A stretch of DNA of 64,000 bases from Eledone cirrhosa (lineage: Eukaryota), in contig OZ024747.1 in NCBI GenBank assembly GCA_964016885.1, forward strand, positions 68,510,001 through 68,574,000, in the 5' to 3' direction. Numbering within the stretch: the stretch's first letter is position 1; the number at the start of each line of letters is the position of its first letter. Positions 26,301-38,759 of the stretch are shown piece after piece. A program made the translations under genes and the position numbers. The notes beneath the pieces are model-generated. The model did not search any database. It was not told where the DNA came from and saw only the letters and a list, made by a program, of their open reading frames with translations.

Positions 26301-28983
26301 AGCGGCTCTACCTGGAACAACTCCCTGATATTCAAGCTATACACTCTATTGAGTAATGCTACTTCCAAGTCCTTTCAGAGATGACCTTAGGTAAGCGTTG
26401 GCTTAAATACTGAACTGAAAATAACAAGTTTGGTTTTTACATCTACCTCCCTTCTTCTGATGATGAATGCTGAAGTTGGCGCATTACTGCACCAGTTCCT
26501 GCAACTTGCATTTAATTCAGCCTACTGTCTTCCAACACTTACAAATTTGGCCCCATGATACTTGAACTTCTCCACCTGCTTCAGTGAAAATCCACTTACA
26601 GCTGGATACACTTCCTAATGCCAGCCACCTTACAGAATATACTAGGTGCATTTTTTCATGGCACTACAACTACCATTCCACAGAGTGTACTGAGTGCATG
26701 AGATGTGCATGAATGATGATCGCTGGATGAAGAAGTGCCAGGAAATTCCAGTAGAAGGAAGCCGCAGTAGGGGACGACGAAGAAAGACCTGGGCAGAAGT
26801 AGTGAAAGCTGATCTCAAATCGAGGAAATTCACAGAGATGACATAGGAACACGACAAATGCAAAGATGCTGTGCTGAAAAGGACCCATCCAACCCATGCA
26901 AGCAGAGAAAAATGGATGTAAAAACAACGATGATGATATTTAATTCACTTTAACTTTTTATTTTTATTATTATAGGCTTATGAAAAAATATTCAAAAGAA
27001 TTAACTTACAAATCATGCGATCAAATCCAGAAGTTGCCAAAAATCTGCCATCAGGAGAAAATTTTCCAGTAAAAATATCACCTTCGTGACCAGTCAAAAG
27101 CATTATTGGTGCCTCAAGACTTGAAGTTCGAGGAATACCCTGTAAGATTAGATATAACATATTTGTTTTATCAACTTTAGCATTTACATTATTCTATATT
27201 TACTATTTTATTTTCATGGTAAACACTTTATTTCACATAATATGGAATCTATGAGATTTTGATATTATTTATTTTGAGAACAATACCTTAACATCAGTAT
27301 GAGCAGCCAGTTTGAACAGAAAGAGGTGTAAGAATTCTGGCCAGTTTTAGATAATACTTGTTTCTACTTTAGGCACAAGGCCAGCAATTACCCAGTGCAT
27401 TACTGGTACTTTATTTTATCGACCCCGTAAGGATGAAAGGCAAAGTCAACCTCGGCGGGATTTGAACTCAGATCGTAAAGGGACGTAACTGTGCTTGAAA
27501 GCATGGCGTCCGACCCTCTACCGATACTGCCAATCTGTTCTACACTAACATTGATTTGGCATAACTAAATTTACGTCCTTAGACACTGATCATACATAAC
27601 TACGTCTTATTTTCATTAGTTAAAGTCTGTTTTAAGGTGGTAATGCATGCAGAGCCGTTAGAATATCAGATAGAATGTTTTGTGGTATTCATTCAGACTC
27701 CCTGCACTCAGAGTTCAAATCTTGCTATGGTCAACTTTGCCTTTCATTCTTTTGAGGTCAATAAAAAGAGTACCAATCCAATACTGGAGTAGATTCTTCC
27801 TCTAAATCTTTCTTTCACTTCTTCTATCACTCTCTCTTCTTCTCTGGAAGAACTCAGCTATGTTCAGACCTGGAGAGGAGATAGGCTCTGCCAGGTTTCA
27901 AAAGTGTTCAAGAAAAGCTCTATGCCACTACAATTCCACCAGGAGTTATGGGTTAAAAGAGAAAAGTTTGTCTTAAACACAGAAGCTCATCAGGCTCGAG
28001 CCTATCTCAGTTTTATTGGTGTTAAATGACTGAGAGTACATGGCTTCTCTCTAAATGGAATGCCAGTATTCATATGAGTACACCTGCTAATTGGACTGGA
28101 TCTACATGAAGTGTTATTCAATGTTTATACGTTGCTACAAGAGTGTTTTCTAACATGGGCAGAAGGCCTTGAATATTTTATTATGAGAAGAGTGCAGTCG
28201 ATTATATTGACCTCAGTGTTTTACTGGTACTTTATTTTATCGACTCCAGAAAGATAAAAGACTGCGGCGACATGTGACCTGAAAGTCCGATGCTGTCAAT
28301 TTGTCTGCAAATTTTAATTAAAAATACAAAAATAAAGATGATGTTACACGCAACAGAATTGTATGTACCTAATATCTTCAAATGAAGATATACAATTCAT
28401 TTATACAGGAATTAAGATTCACAAAAAGTTGTAATTGCTGGTGAAAATTAGTTCTCCACGTGTTCGTGCAGATACGAAGAGAATAAAATATAGATGGTCT
28501 CACAATGCTATCGCAGTTTTATTCTTTCTAGCAAACATTCACTGCATTTTAATCTTTATGAATATACAAGATCCTAATACTTGAGGCAGCGTGTATACAA
28601 AAACGAAATAGATTTGTTTTCATTTGGGTTTTGCATTTTCTATCTTTAAAATTTCGCTTTCGTTTCAATCCAACTCGCAAATAGGACTTAACCCTCATTA
28701 AATATATACTTGACACAATATATGAAGAGATTATAAACTGAATTTTTTATTAATAAACTTGTATTTTAATGACTCCATGTTTTGTAAATATAAAAAATAG
28801 CAACACATTTAAACTACAGTACAGGTGATAGTCTTAATAAACAAACTGGCTAACAGACAGTCAAGAGAATTACTTTACCGATTGTATTAAAGATAGATTC
28901 TTTCTGTGTAAAGGAACAATTTCATTTCTTGGTTTCTTAAATGGAACAATCAATGATTCCGAAGCCTTTCTTTTAAGATCCAT
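20303..28983 (-). CDS. SNRNP40: U5 small nuclear ribonucleoprotein 40 kDa protein (WD40), complete 8-exon CDS, 345 aa
   Basis: Exons 28983-28879, 27139-27010, 25580-25487, 24837-24672, 23344-23101, 22181-22099, 21007-20842 and 20352-20303. All introns are GT-AG, phases are consistent, total 1038 nt. Translation has APIMLLTGHEG, WNVYGECDN, RRGPQL..SGADDGTIKLWD, QIISGGIDNDIKVWDLR, WDVRPFAP.ERC, NLLRCSWS, LYKLPGH and SSDKKIYLGEI. Confidence 0.96.
20842..21007 (-). CDS. SNRNP40: SNRNP40 exon 7
   Basis: NLLRCSWSSDGRKISAGSGDRFVYIWDT...HPHEPI; acceptor TTACAG, donor GTAAGT. Confidence 0.95.
22099..22181 (-). CDS. SNRNP40: SNRNP40 exon 6
   Basis: RIWDVRPFAPQERCLKLFQGHQHSFEK; acceptor TTTTCAG, donor GTGAGT. 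Confidence 0.95.
23101..23344 (-). CDS. SNRNP40: SNRNP40 exon 5
   Basis: LWDSRKRGAVQTFQNVYQV...LLSNGMDGT; acceptor TTTCAG, donor GTAAGT. Confidence 0.95.
23890..24225 (+). mobile_element. tRNA-derived SINE family B with RTE-type tail; near-identical copies at 32518-32855 (+) and 36866-37122 (-), relatives at 29846, 31128, 37768 and 40223
   Basis: ggcttagtggttagagca (A box), gagttcaattc (B box), central cttgagcaagacacttt, tail ggttggtgttaggaagggcatccagctgtagaaa...ggacgtaaaatga. Confidence 0.8.
24672..24837 (-). CDS. SNRNP40: SNRNP40 exon 4
   Basis: QLFTASTDKNLAIWDVEAGARIKKLKGHQDFINSCCPARRGPQLICSGADDGTIK; acceptor TTTTGCAG, donor GTTTGT. Confidence 0.95.
25487..25580 (-). CDS. SNRNP40: SNRNP40 exon 3
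   Basis: FFWNVYGECDNLGVLRGHTGAVMELHFSTDG; acceptor TAG, donor GTAAGT. Confidence 0.95.
26025..26222. mobile_element. piggyBac-like MITE inserted among LINE fragments
   Basis: TTAA-CCCTTTAGC...GCTAAAGGG-TTAA. Confidence 0.8.
27010..27139 (-). CDS. SNRNP40: SNRNP40 exon 2
   Basis: GIPRTSSLEAPIMLLTGHEGDIFTGKFSPDGRFLATSGFDRMI; acceptor TTACAG, donor GTAAGT. Confidence 0.95.
27352..27534 (-). mobile_element. SINE family A
   Basis: Reverse complement of the 15468-15652 copy. Confidence 0.8.
28879..28983 (-). CDS. SNRNP40: SNRNP40 exon 1 (MDLKRKASESLIVPFKKPRNEIV...LIQS)
   Basis: ATG at 28983; donor GTAAAG; phase 0. Confidence 0.88.
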
Positions 28984-29039
28984 GTTGAAGGAATAATAAT
29001 AATAACAATCAGAAGAGGAAGAAATGTTAAGAAAATACT

Positions 29040-29100
29040 GTAAACGTTACCGGCATTTACCGGAAATGTATTTTTGCATATCCTAAATGCGCATGACTAG
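29040..29100. promoter_or_regulatory. Putative SNRNP40 proximal promoter
   Basis: ETS-like CCGGAA (29060) and NRF1-like TGCGCATG (29088) lie 60-110 bp upstream of the ATG, in locally CpG-enriched sequence. Confidence 0.35.
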
Positions 29101-29769
29101 AAATGTGTTTGTAAAACTTTTGAGGTCAACTTCAAGGGAGATAATTCAATTTGCTAGTTGAACTCTTATTCAAGCGATAGAAGGTTGTGTGTGATCTCTT
29201 GACTTGTTAGAATAATAGCTAAATCTTCGTCAAATCACATCTTACCGTCATTAAAGTGAAAGGACACATAGTAAAATAAGGTTTTCTTTAAAAAAAAAAA
29301 AGACAGTCACGGCTAGAATGTCAGATTATAGATCTAAAAGACCAATGAGCACAGCCCCTAAGTCCAGTCAAAACGAAAACAAAAATGGTCTGATTGCTGG
29401 CTAAAATGTATCTCGTTCGTTAGACTTCTGGTGTACTTGGCCCTAGGTCAACCTCAGGTGCGAGTTTCGCGAGTTGGAATGGCTCTTCCAGCGCGTTTCG
29501 CTCGACATCCTCCAGAAAAACCCTTTCTCTATCCAGTCCGCCAGGCGTCCAGCGCGTGGGCCCCCATTTGCTCATAATAGTTAGAAATGGGGAGAGACTA
29601 AGGCAATGCCAGTGGGAGTTTGGTTCCTTTGTGTTCGGACCTGGTGTATATGTATGTATTTATTTACAGCACAATATATACAACTATATCCTTATTAATA
29701 CAATCGTTTTCATTATGTTTAATAACGAAAAATTCCAAATATTACTGTAATTTCAAGCACGTGTAACCA

Positions 29770-30445
29770 ACGTATATTGGTTCACTTGTTTTAAGATAAA
29801 AATTGAGGGATTTGAGGGTGATTTGTATATTATTTCTAGCATTAGAAGGCGCATGGCTTAGTGGTTAGAGCATTGGGCTTGCAATCGAAAGGTTGTGAGT
29901 TCAATTCTCGGGTGATGGTTGTTTCCTTGAGCAAGACACTTTATTTCACGTTGCTCCAGCTTACTCAGCTGTATAAATGAAATGATAGGACTGCCGTCCC
30001 TATCATTAAATTACCCAAGACACCTCCAACGAGATATACCTTGGAGTAGGCCAGCTAAGCCTGCATAGGTGTGAGCTGTCACACATTATAAGAAACCACA
30101 TTGTGGCTCACTTGTTTTCAGAAGAAAATGAGTGCTTTGAGGGAGCCTTGGCTGCTATTTCATGCATTAGTAGCAACAAAATAGTGGTTCACCTATTTTC
30201 AAGCAAAAATCAGAAATTTTGAAGAGCTGCTATCTCAAGCATTTGGAATGAATGGAAATGAGTTTTCAAGGGAGGTTTGGCTACTGTTTTCTACCTATCT
30301 AGTGGACACATAGTGGTTCACTTGTTTTCAGGCGAAAATGAGAGTCAGGGAGATTTGGCTGTTATTTCTAGCATGTATGTCGACCACTTAGTATGCAAAC
30401 GAAAATTAGGTATTTCAAGGAGATTTGGCTACTATTTCTAGTATG
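29770..30445 (+). repeat. Degenerate ~60-70-bp tandem array (GTGGTTCACTTGTTTTCA...GAGGGAGATTTGGCTGCTATTTCTAGCA) interrupted by a SINE
   Basis: About six decayed units. The core motif also occurs dispersed at 18330, 18835, 29200, 31805, 41990, 52560, 54590 and 55100. Confidence 0.6.
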
Positions 30446-31130
30446 CATTCAGCAAAGCTGTGTTCTATCTCCAATGCTTTTCAATTATGTCAACAACTGG
30501 ATCATAGAGCATACCATGGAGGATTTCCCAGGTGTCACTGTGGGAGAAGTCTTTAGAGTCACTGACCTTAACTATGTTAGCAACCTCATGATAATAGATA
30601 ACTACATCAATGCTGTGTCAGCTGTTGAATATGTCTATCTCAGTGCGTATGTGTCACATGTTGACATACAAATGAATGCAGCCAAAACAAAGATACTATC
30701 CCCTTGATGTCTCACCTGAAAAGATCCCTGTCATACACAATGGTGAGATTTTGGAAGAGGTTGATCAATTCAGATCTCCTAACCCTACCTTCACTGTCAT
30801 AGGCCAAGATAAAGATGAGATAGAGGTCCACATCAACTGTGAGTAGGTTTCTTTCTGTCAACTTCAGGACAGGTTCTAGTCTAGATCAGAGATCCATCAG
30901 GCTAAGTAAGTGTTCATATATTGAGTGATTGTTTTCTCTATCCTTTTGTATGGCTAAGAGATGTGGCCGGTGAAAAGATTAGACTCATGCAAGCAGTAAA
31001 AATATTTGATCACTTTTGCCTTTGTTGAATCTTCTGTATTCACCCATTGGATTAAGTGTCGAACTCTGAAATTCATCATCACTGCCAAGTTGATTCCCTT
31101 CAACAACTGCACAAAATATGTTTTCATTGG
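30445..31130 (+). mobile_element. Degenerate LINE RT fragment
   Basis: IQQSCVLSPMLFN...DLNY...NAAKTK...LEEVDQF remnants with stops. Confidence 0.65.
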
Positions 31131-32143
31131 CATATAGCTTAGTGGTTAGAGTATTGGGCTTGCAATTGTGAGGTTGTGAGTTCGATCCTCATACCAGGTT
31201 ATGTTTTGCTCCAGTTTACTCAGCTGTAGAAATGAGTTGCAGCATCACAGGTGCCAAGCTGTATCGGTCATTGCCTTTCCCTTGGCCAACATCGGTGGCG
31301 TGGAGAGAGGAGACTGGTATGCATGGGTGACTATTGGTCTTCCACAAACAACCTTGCCCAGAGCTCGGAGGAAAGCTTTCTAGGTGTAAATCCCATGGTT
31401 ATTCGTGACTGAAGGGGGTAAAAAAACAAAAGGTTTGGTCATACAATCTTCCACTCATTCGGTGAACTCATATGTGACGCAGTTTTACTACAACCTCTTC
31501 CGGGATGGCATAAATGGTAAGGTAGATAGCTGAAAATGTGGATTTGTACAATCAAGTCAGATTTTGTATTAATCACTGTTGGAATGAGAACCAGCTGGCA
31601 ATTTCTGCACTGGATGTCTGAAATCACTATGCTTGGTCAGCATCTGTTCATGATACTCAGGATTCACTGATTGGAACTGTTTCAACTCATCCTGGGTGAA
31701 CAATGGCATTAGTACAAGCACACACATATACATCAACACATGCATACACACACCATCATCAACACACTATGAGCCAACAAGAAAGCTTATATATGGTCAG
31801 TCTACCTGCTAGAATTAGCAGCCAAATCTTCTTTAAATCATGTTCTGCTGTCTTGAAACATGTTTTTTCATAGTACTCCCCATTTGGGTTTTTAGAGATT
31901 GGCAGGTCTGGGATATGAAGTCCTAGATGCTCTATATCTAAAAACAAACAAAATGGTCATAGCTGGAATGTCTGTGATCATAGGTTTGTATGATCAATGG
32001 TGACCTGACCCAGGGTTAAACAATAACAACAATGGAACTCTTTTGAACATTACTTTATACACAAAAGCCAATGATGGAACTTCAACATGGTCATTCAAGC
32101 TGGTAGAAATAACAACCACTGGATGGCACCGTTATGAGAAATA

Positions 32144-32190
<47 letters not shown>

Positions 32191-33019
32191 AAAAATTGAA
32201 TGGGAACAAAACAGAGGCAGTACGAACAAAGGTTTATTAGTTTCACGCTCTTGAGAGTGGGGTGGTGATATATATTTATTAAAATAACAGGTTAAAGTTT
32301 AAGCAAAGAATCGCTGCTTTCACCCTTAACGGGATCTTCTGAAACTAAAAAAGTCAATCTGTGAATGCAGAGGTAAATATTTCAAAAAACGTTGCAACCG
32401 AAGGAAGACGATACTATTTGCTCTACGGTTCTTATATATTTGATATATATTTATCCTTATCGAGCCCTCTTTGGATTTTAGTCTTCAAATTTATTATTAT
32501 TACTATATATATATAATGGAGGCTTAGTGGTTAGAGCATTGGCCTTGCAATCGAAAGGTTGTGAGTTCAATTCTCAGACTGGGTGATGTGTTGTTTCCTT
32601 GAGCAAGACACTTTATTTCACATTGCTCCAGTTTACTCAGCTGTAGAAATGAGATGATAGGACTGGGGGTCCCTATCATTCCACTGCAAAGTAGTCATGG
32701 AGGTGCCACGGCAAAAAAGCACCCAGCACTCACTGTAAATGAGGTTGGTGTTAGGAAGGGCATCCAGCTGTAGAAATCAAGCCAGAATCAGTTCCCATCC
32801 CACTCTTGCAAGCAGGGAAAAAGCGGACTTAAAATGAAATGATGATGATGATGATATATAGATATCAGTGTATGTATAAGTATGTGTAGGTTGAATAGGC
32901 ATATCATTAGAAGAGAAATTGATAGATAATGTAATTTAGGTAACCAGAGTGTGCAATAGAATAATTAAACTTAGGCTAGTGATGGACAACATGACAGTGC
33001 ATACATACCACACTCAAGA

Positions 33020-33520
33020 CTGGCTGGTAAACAAAAGAATCATTTCAATGAGACACTAATACAGACTACTTGAATACTGAATGACAGCAACCTCATTATC
33101 ACGGTTAGTAATTTTAATGAACATGTTGGGCAACTCTATGGAGATATCTTGGTGTACAAGGAGGCTATGTTTAAGGTACAAGGAATGAGAAAGGATCAAG
33201 CGTTCTTGAACTCTGTGGAGCAAAGGATCTAACAATTTGCAACACCAGCTCCATGAAACTGGTCAACCACCTGATGCCCTAAGAATTAAACAAACACACA
33301 ACCCCATCTAGCATACTCAAATATTTCCTTAGTGAAGAATGTATCAACATAGACTTTTGCTTAATGATTTCAAAGTAAGAGCTAGATGGACGCAGAAACA
33401 CAAGATAACTTGGAGGAGGAAGGTATAGGAGCTAAAAGTACCATTGAGCAATCATGGGTTCAGAAAATTACTAGTTGACACATATGCTGAAACAGAGACT
33501 TATAAATTAGAAGATAGATG
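33020..33520 (+). mobile_element. Degenerate RTE-like LINE fragment (APE endonuclease region)
   Basis: Remnants of FNEHVG, GYV..RNEKG, DLTICNT and FPSEEC..QH. A related minus-strand piece lies at 36620-36835. Confidence 0.5.
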
Positions 33521-33896
33521 TATACTGAAGCAAGTGATATCAACCTTAATGCACCAAAATCACAAGGCCCTCCGGAGGTCGACCGATGAGAAGGGACTGT
33601 CCTGTATTTCATCAATTTTTCTGGTGTCTTTGTCCACCTTTTTTTGATTAATTACATATATATATATATATAAATATACACACCTGTCTTATATGTATTA
33701 AGTCTCTATCTTCCACTCCATTTCATAATATGTGTTAACTAGTGCTTCTCTGAACCTTATGTCAGCAGGGCTTTGAAAAAACAAAACCAATAACTCACCC
33801 ATGGTATATCACAATGATATGAGTAATTTTTATTCACTTTGTTTTTATTTTTATTTTTATTTTTATTTTTATTTTTATTCATGTAATTTTCTGTTC

Positions 33897-33969
33897 ACAT
33901 AATAGCTGTCTGATGAGATCAGAACTGTTGCATAACAGTTACCATCGAAATATGTATAACTGATTATGT
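33897..33969 (+). ncRNA. Minimal type I hammerhead ribozyme motif
   Basis: CTGATGA 33910-33916, stem II GAT/ATC extended by an AACTGTT/AACAGTT hairpin, GAAA 33947-33950, ATATGTAT palindrome, triplet ATA, stem I GT/AC plus ACATAAT/ATTATGT. Confidence 0.65.
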
Positions 33970-35068
33970 AATCAACAAAATGTAATCAACAAAATCAACA
34001 AGCTTTGGTATGGATATGTGATATGTGTGGAGGATGACAGCAACATAAAGAAGTATATGGCATCCAATGTTAATGGAATTTGTGGAAGAAGAAGACCTAG
34101 GTAAACATGGGACAACGACGTAGTGAAGGCTGACCTCATAAAGTGAAACCTCACAACAGAGAAAACCCACCCTCCAAAGTGGGCTGGTTGATTTGATCAT
34201 GTTAAAGATGGTAGTGTAGAGGCTGAGATATATCCACATTTAGGTTCCCCACCAAAATCCCCCCTTACCCCCTCCTATTTAACTGTCTATCTTCTCCCCC
34301 CCCCCCCACACACACACTTTCATCTTCCTCCCTTGATTCCCATCTTTATTATCTCAATCATTCTCAACCCCCTCTCTCATATTCTCTGTACCTCACTGAC
34401 TACATAATTTGAGACATGACATTAGGTATCTAACTCTTCAGCCCCCCAACTCTCTGATGCTCTAACACCCACACCATACACACAACAAAATGGATGCTGT
34501 CCACATAGAGTATATACCTACCAATCTAATGAATCTACAACCCCTTAACCAAGCAACCTTCCCTTCAAGGCTGCTAGTCATCATTCCATCTCTTCAAAAC
34601 CACTTCCATTACCAACATTTATTCTCATCCTCTCTCTTTCCCTCTCAATAACAAACATATGGATGATATTGCTCATCCCCTTCTCACATTAGGACCCCTT
34701 TTCATCTGGAAAGGACACAACAATCACTCTGGTGTTCATGCTTCAATAAAATGTACCCAGTATGCCTTGTAAATGGTAGAGCTGGTGTAATGCTAACATG
34801 CACCCAGTACACTCTGTAAATTGGTAGTACTGATGTCATGATAAAATCTGCCCAATACATTATGTAAAGAAGTAGTGCTGGAGCCATGATAAAATTCACC
34901 TAGTACATACTGTAAAGTGGTTGGCATTAAGAAAGGCAACAGACCACAGAAACTATTCCAAAATGGAATGTATTAGCAAGATATGGCCATCTGACCTGTC
35001 TAGTTTCAGATCCAGATAACTTCTCTAACCCATACCAACAAGGAAACAGAGACATAAAACGATGATGA

Positions 35069-35123
<55 letters not shown>

Positions 35124-35439
35124 AGACAAAACACATATATATCAGATACAAGACAAAACACAACAGAAACACATATCCTCCATCTCAATTTTACTTTTGA
35201 AAATCATAAGAACTGTGAAACTAGTAAAGTAAATAAATAAATAATCTTAAAAGACTCCAGTTGCATTTTCAATTTATTTTCCTTATACTTTCATCCATAT
35301 GGGACATTTAAAAAAAAAACAACCTCATTTTCTTATATATATATATTTATATATATATAGAGAGAGAGAGAGTGAGCTGGTGTAATGCTTAAATGCACCC
35401 AGTACACTCTGTAAATTGGTAGTATATAGAAGAGGCAGT

Positions 35440-36052
35440 GATAGACACATTTTTCAAATGCAGGTAGGATCTATAGAAGTGGTTGATAACTTCCGATACC
35501 TAGGTGATCAGATTAGCAAGGGAGTAGGATGCTTTGAGGCTATAGTATCTAGAATAAGGATGGGCTGTAAGAAGTTTAGGGAGCTGCTTCCTCTGTTGAC
35601 AATGAAGGGTTTCTCCCTACGAACAAAAGGTTAGTTATATGATACCTGTCTGAGATGTGCAATGCTACATGGTAGTGAGACATGAGCAGCAACTGTGGAG
35701 GATATGCAACGGCTGAAGAGAAATGAAGCAAGCATGCCCCGTTGGATGTGCATGGACGAGTTAAGTGTGAAGCTGTGTATAAGAGGGATAAACTGTAGTG
35801 TGCGGGAGAGAAAACTGCATTGGTATGGACATGTGATGCGCATGGAAGATGACTGCTGGGTAAAGAAGTGTCAAGAAATCCCAGTGGAAGGAAGATCATG
35901 AAAAACATGGGCGGAGGTGGTGAGAGAAGACCTCAGATCGCTGAAGCTCACAGAGGAGATGACGAAGGACCGTGACGAATGGAGAGATGCTGTGCTGAAG
36001 AGGACCCATCCCACCCTTGCAAGCAAGGAAAAGCAGACGTAAAATTGATGAT
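35440..36052 (+). mobile_element. RTE-like LINE 3' end
   Basis: IEVVDNFRYLGDQIS, KFRELLPLLT.KGFSL..KG, MLHGSET, LHWYGHVMRM and VEGR; (GAT)n tail. Confidence 0.85.
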
Positions 36053-36443
36053 GTAAGTGATTATAATGGAGTATTCCACTATTACCTTTATATATATTGT
36101 GTTTTATGTAAATAATTGTTAATTAACTGTTTCTGATTGACTTGTTGTTTATATATGCATGTACCATTATCATCTGTATAGAAACAAACATAGATATTAA
36201 AATTTGGATTTAATTTGATAACCTTGGCTCATTTTAAATATAAATAAATATATATAAGCAGAGTGGGTATGGAGAAATCTATAAACCTGACTGCAGAGAT
36301 CAGCAAGCCTTTTTATGAGTACACTCTTGAAAAGACTTGCTGAGTACAAGCTGAAACCACTTGACATCACAGTCAGGTTTATAGATGTCTCTCTCTCTCT
36401 CTCTATATATATATATACATATATATGTGTGTATGTGTGTGTA

Positions 36444-36612
36444 TAGGGTTAACAATGACTATAGCGAGAAATTTAGCATACAAGTTGGCATCCACCAGGG
36501 CTCTGTTCTTAGCCCACTCCTGTTCATTATCGTTTTGCAGACTATAATCGAGGAGTTTAAGTCTGACATGGGAACTTCTGTACAATGATGATCTTACGCT
36601 CATAGCTGAATC
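36444..36612 (+). mobile_element. RTE-like RT core fragment
   Basis: VGIHQGSVLSPLLFIIVL...WELLY.DDL. Confidence 0.75.
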
Positions 36613-38192
36613 TAGTCACTCTCCTTCTCCCTACATTGAATGTCTCTATCTGTTCTTCTCTACTGTCATAAGCATCAAGTAAAATATCTCTAAATTTGTT
36701 ACTGGCTGAGGGATCTTTCAGCTTCCAGATCCTTCTCCAGGTTGCCTTTTGTTTCAAGGTTCACCTAGCTCTGACAATGAGGTCACCGACTACTAGGCTG
36801 TGTTGAGAGGTACATTCTTCACCCGGGAAGGCTTTCATGTTTACAACCATCCATCTATCTCCTCCTCTGGATGCCCTTCCTAACACCAACCTCATTTACA
36901 GTGAGTGCTGGGTGCTTTTTTCCGTGGCGCCTACACGTCCACTTTGCAGTGGAATGATATGGACCCCAGTCCCTATCATCTCATTTCTACAGCTGAGTAA
37001 ACTGGAGCAATGTGAAATAAAGTGTCTTGCTCAAGGAAACAACACATCACCCGGTCTGAGAATTGAACTCACAACCTTTCAATTGCAAGGCCAATGCTCT
37101 AACCACTAAGCCATGTGCCTCCAATATATATAGATAGATATTTGTGTTTGTGTATGAGTGCTTGAATATACACAGACTAGTGCTAGCAGGAAAATGAGGG
37201 TTAAATGATGATGATGATGATGATGATAGTGATGATGACGACAACGATGTAGATAAATGAATACTTAATCATATACATATGCACATTTTACTTTTATATT
37301 CAAGACGCAATTTATTTTGATATTTGAATTTAAACTATGTATACACACATACAGGGTTTAAGGGTTTAGTTAGATGTTTATTATTGCACTTTAATGAAAA
37401 CGGGAAAATAAAGAAGAGAAATTGTATCATTTAATGATAATTCTCAGGTGTTAATAGTATTTTGTAAATTTTCAGATAATGCATAGTGCTTTATCTTATT
37501 GAAAACAGGTGGGAAATTTTCTGGGCTGTGTTGGCAGTCATTCATTCTTAGATAAACCTTTCTCACCACCACTGGGAATAGGAATAGACTGGCTCTACAG
37601 AAAAACAATACACCTTGCAAAAAAAAAAGGTAAAACTTCCATTTTTTATTTAGAAATATCTATTTTATATATATCATCATCATCATTTAATGTCCATCTT
37701 CCACGCTATGTATATATATACATGTATGTATATATATACATGTATGTATATGTGAGTGTATGTGTGAAGGCATGTAGCTTTGTGGTTAGGGTATTCAACT
37801 CATAATTGTAAGGTTGTGAGTTTGATTCTTGGCAGCGCATTGTGTCCTTGAGCAAGATACTTCATTTCACTTTGCTCCAGTTCACTCAGCTGGCAAAAAT
37901 GAGTTGTACCTGTAATTCGAAGGGCCAGCCTTGTCACATTGTGTCACGCTGAATCTCCTTGAGAACTACATTAAGGCTACATGTGTCTTTGGAATGCTCA
38001 GCCACTTGCATGTTAATTTCACGAGCAGGCTGTTCCACTGATCGTATCAACTGGAACACTCATCATTGTAGCCGATGGAGTGCCAATTATATGTGAATAT
38101 GTACATGTATCGATGTATGAGGGTTTAACAGTTTTCTCAGTTCATTTTTTTTAGTTTATGCCTTAACCTTTTAGCATTTACATTACTCTATA

Positions 38193-38752
38193 CTAGCAGA
38201 AAACCACCCCTCAGGTGGTTTTCTGCTGGCATGTGTAGTGTGCATATTGATATTACATGCAAATATACATCATATCCTACATCAAATAAAATTGTAATTG
38301 ACAATTTGCACAGAAATTGAAGAGAAACTGTGTTACACTCTCTTCTGTAAGTAATGTAATCCATGATGCATTTAAAAAAGACGATATTATATATAAACTG
38401 CATTATGGTGAAACGTAATGAAAGCGAAAAAGGAGAAAATTAGTGACAGAAATATAAACGTTATGATATCATGATGCAAATATATGAACGTTTATATAAC
38501 CAATATGATATAGCGTCCGTTATATCATAACCGGAAGTGTTGACATTTGGAAATTTTAAAAGAAGAGAATCTTAAAATAAGCAATCATTATATATAAGAA
38601 TATTTATGTTTAATCAACAGCTACAAAATTTACTACATACATTATGTAATATTCATTCATTATTTATTCAAAGTATCCGACTTATTTTACTATCGGGATA
38701 AAAAAATATATTCAGGACACAGTCCCACACTCCTCCCTTTATTATATTATGA
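38193..38752 (-). mobile_element. Non-autonomous mini-Helitron
   Basis: Minus-strand 5' TCATAATATAATAAAGGGAG, 3' hairpin CAGCAGAAAACCACC...GGTGGTTTTCTGCT ending in CTAG|T; second copy at 49686-50131. Confidence 0.75.
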
Positions 38753-38759
38753 ATTACTA

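Noticed and set aside
29400-29650. Telomerase RNA, RNase P/MRP, 7SK or antizyme frameshift site
   Set aside because: No CTAACCCTAA template, no recognisable conserved-region motifs and no TCC-TGA shift site. Kept only as an unexplained island.
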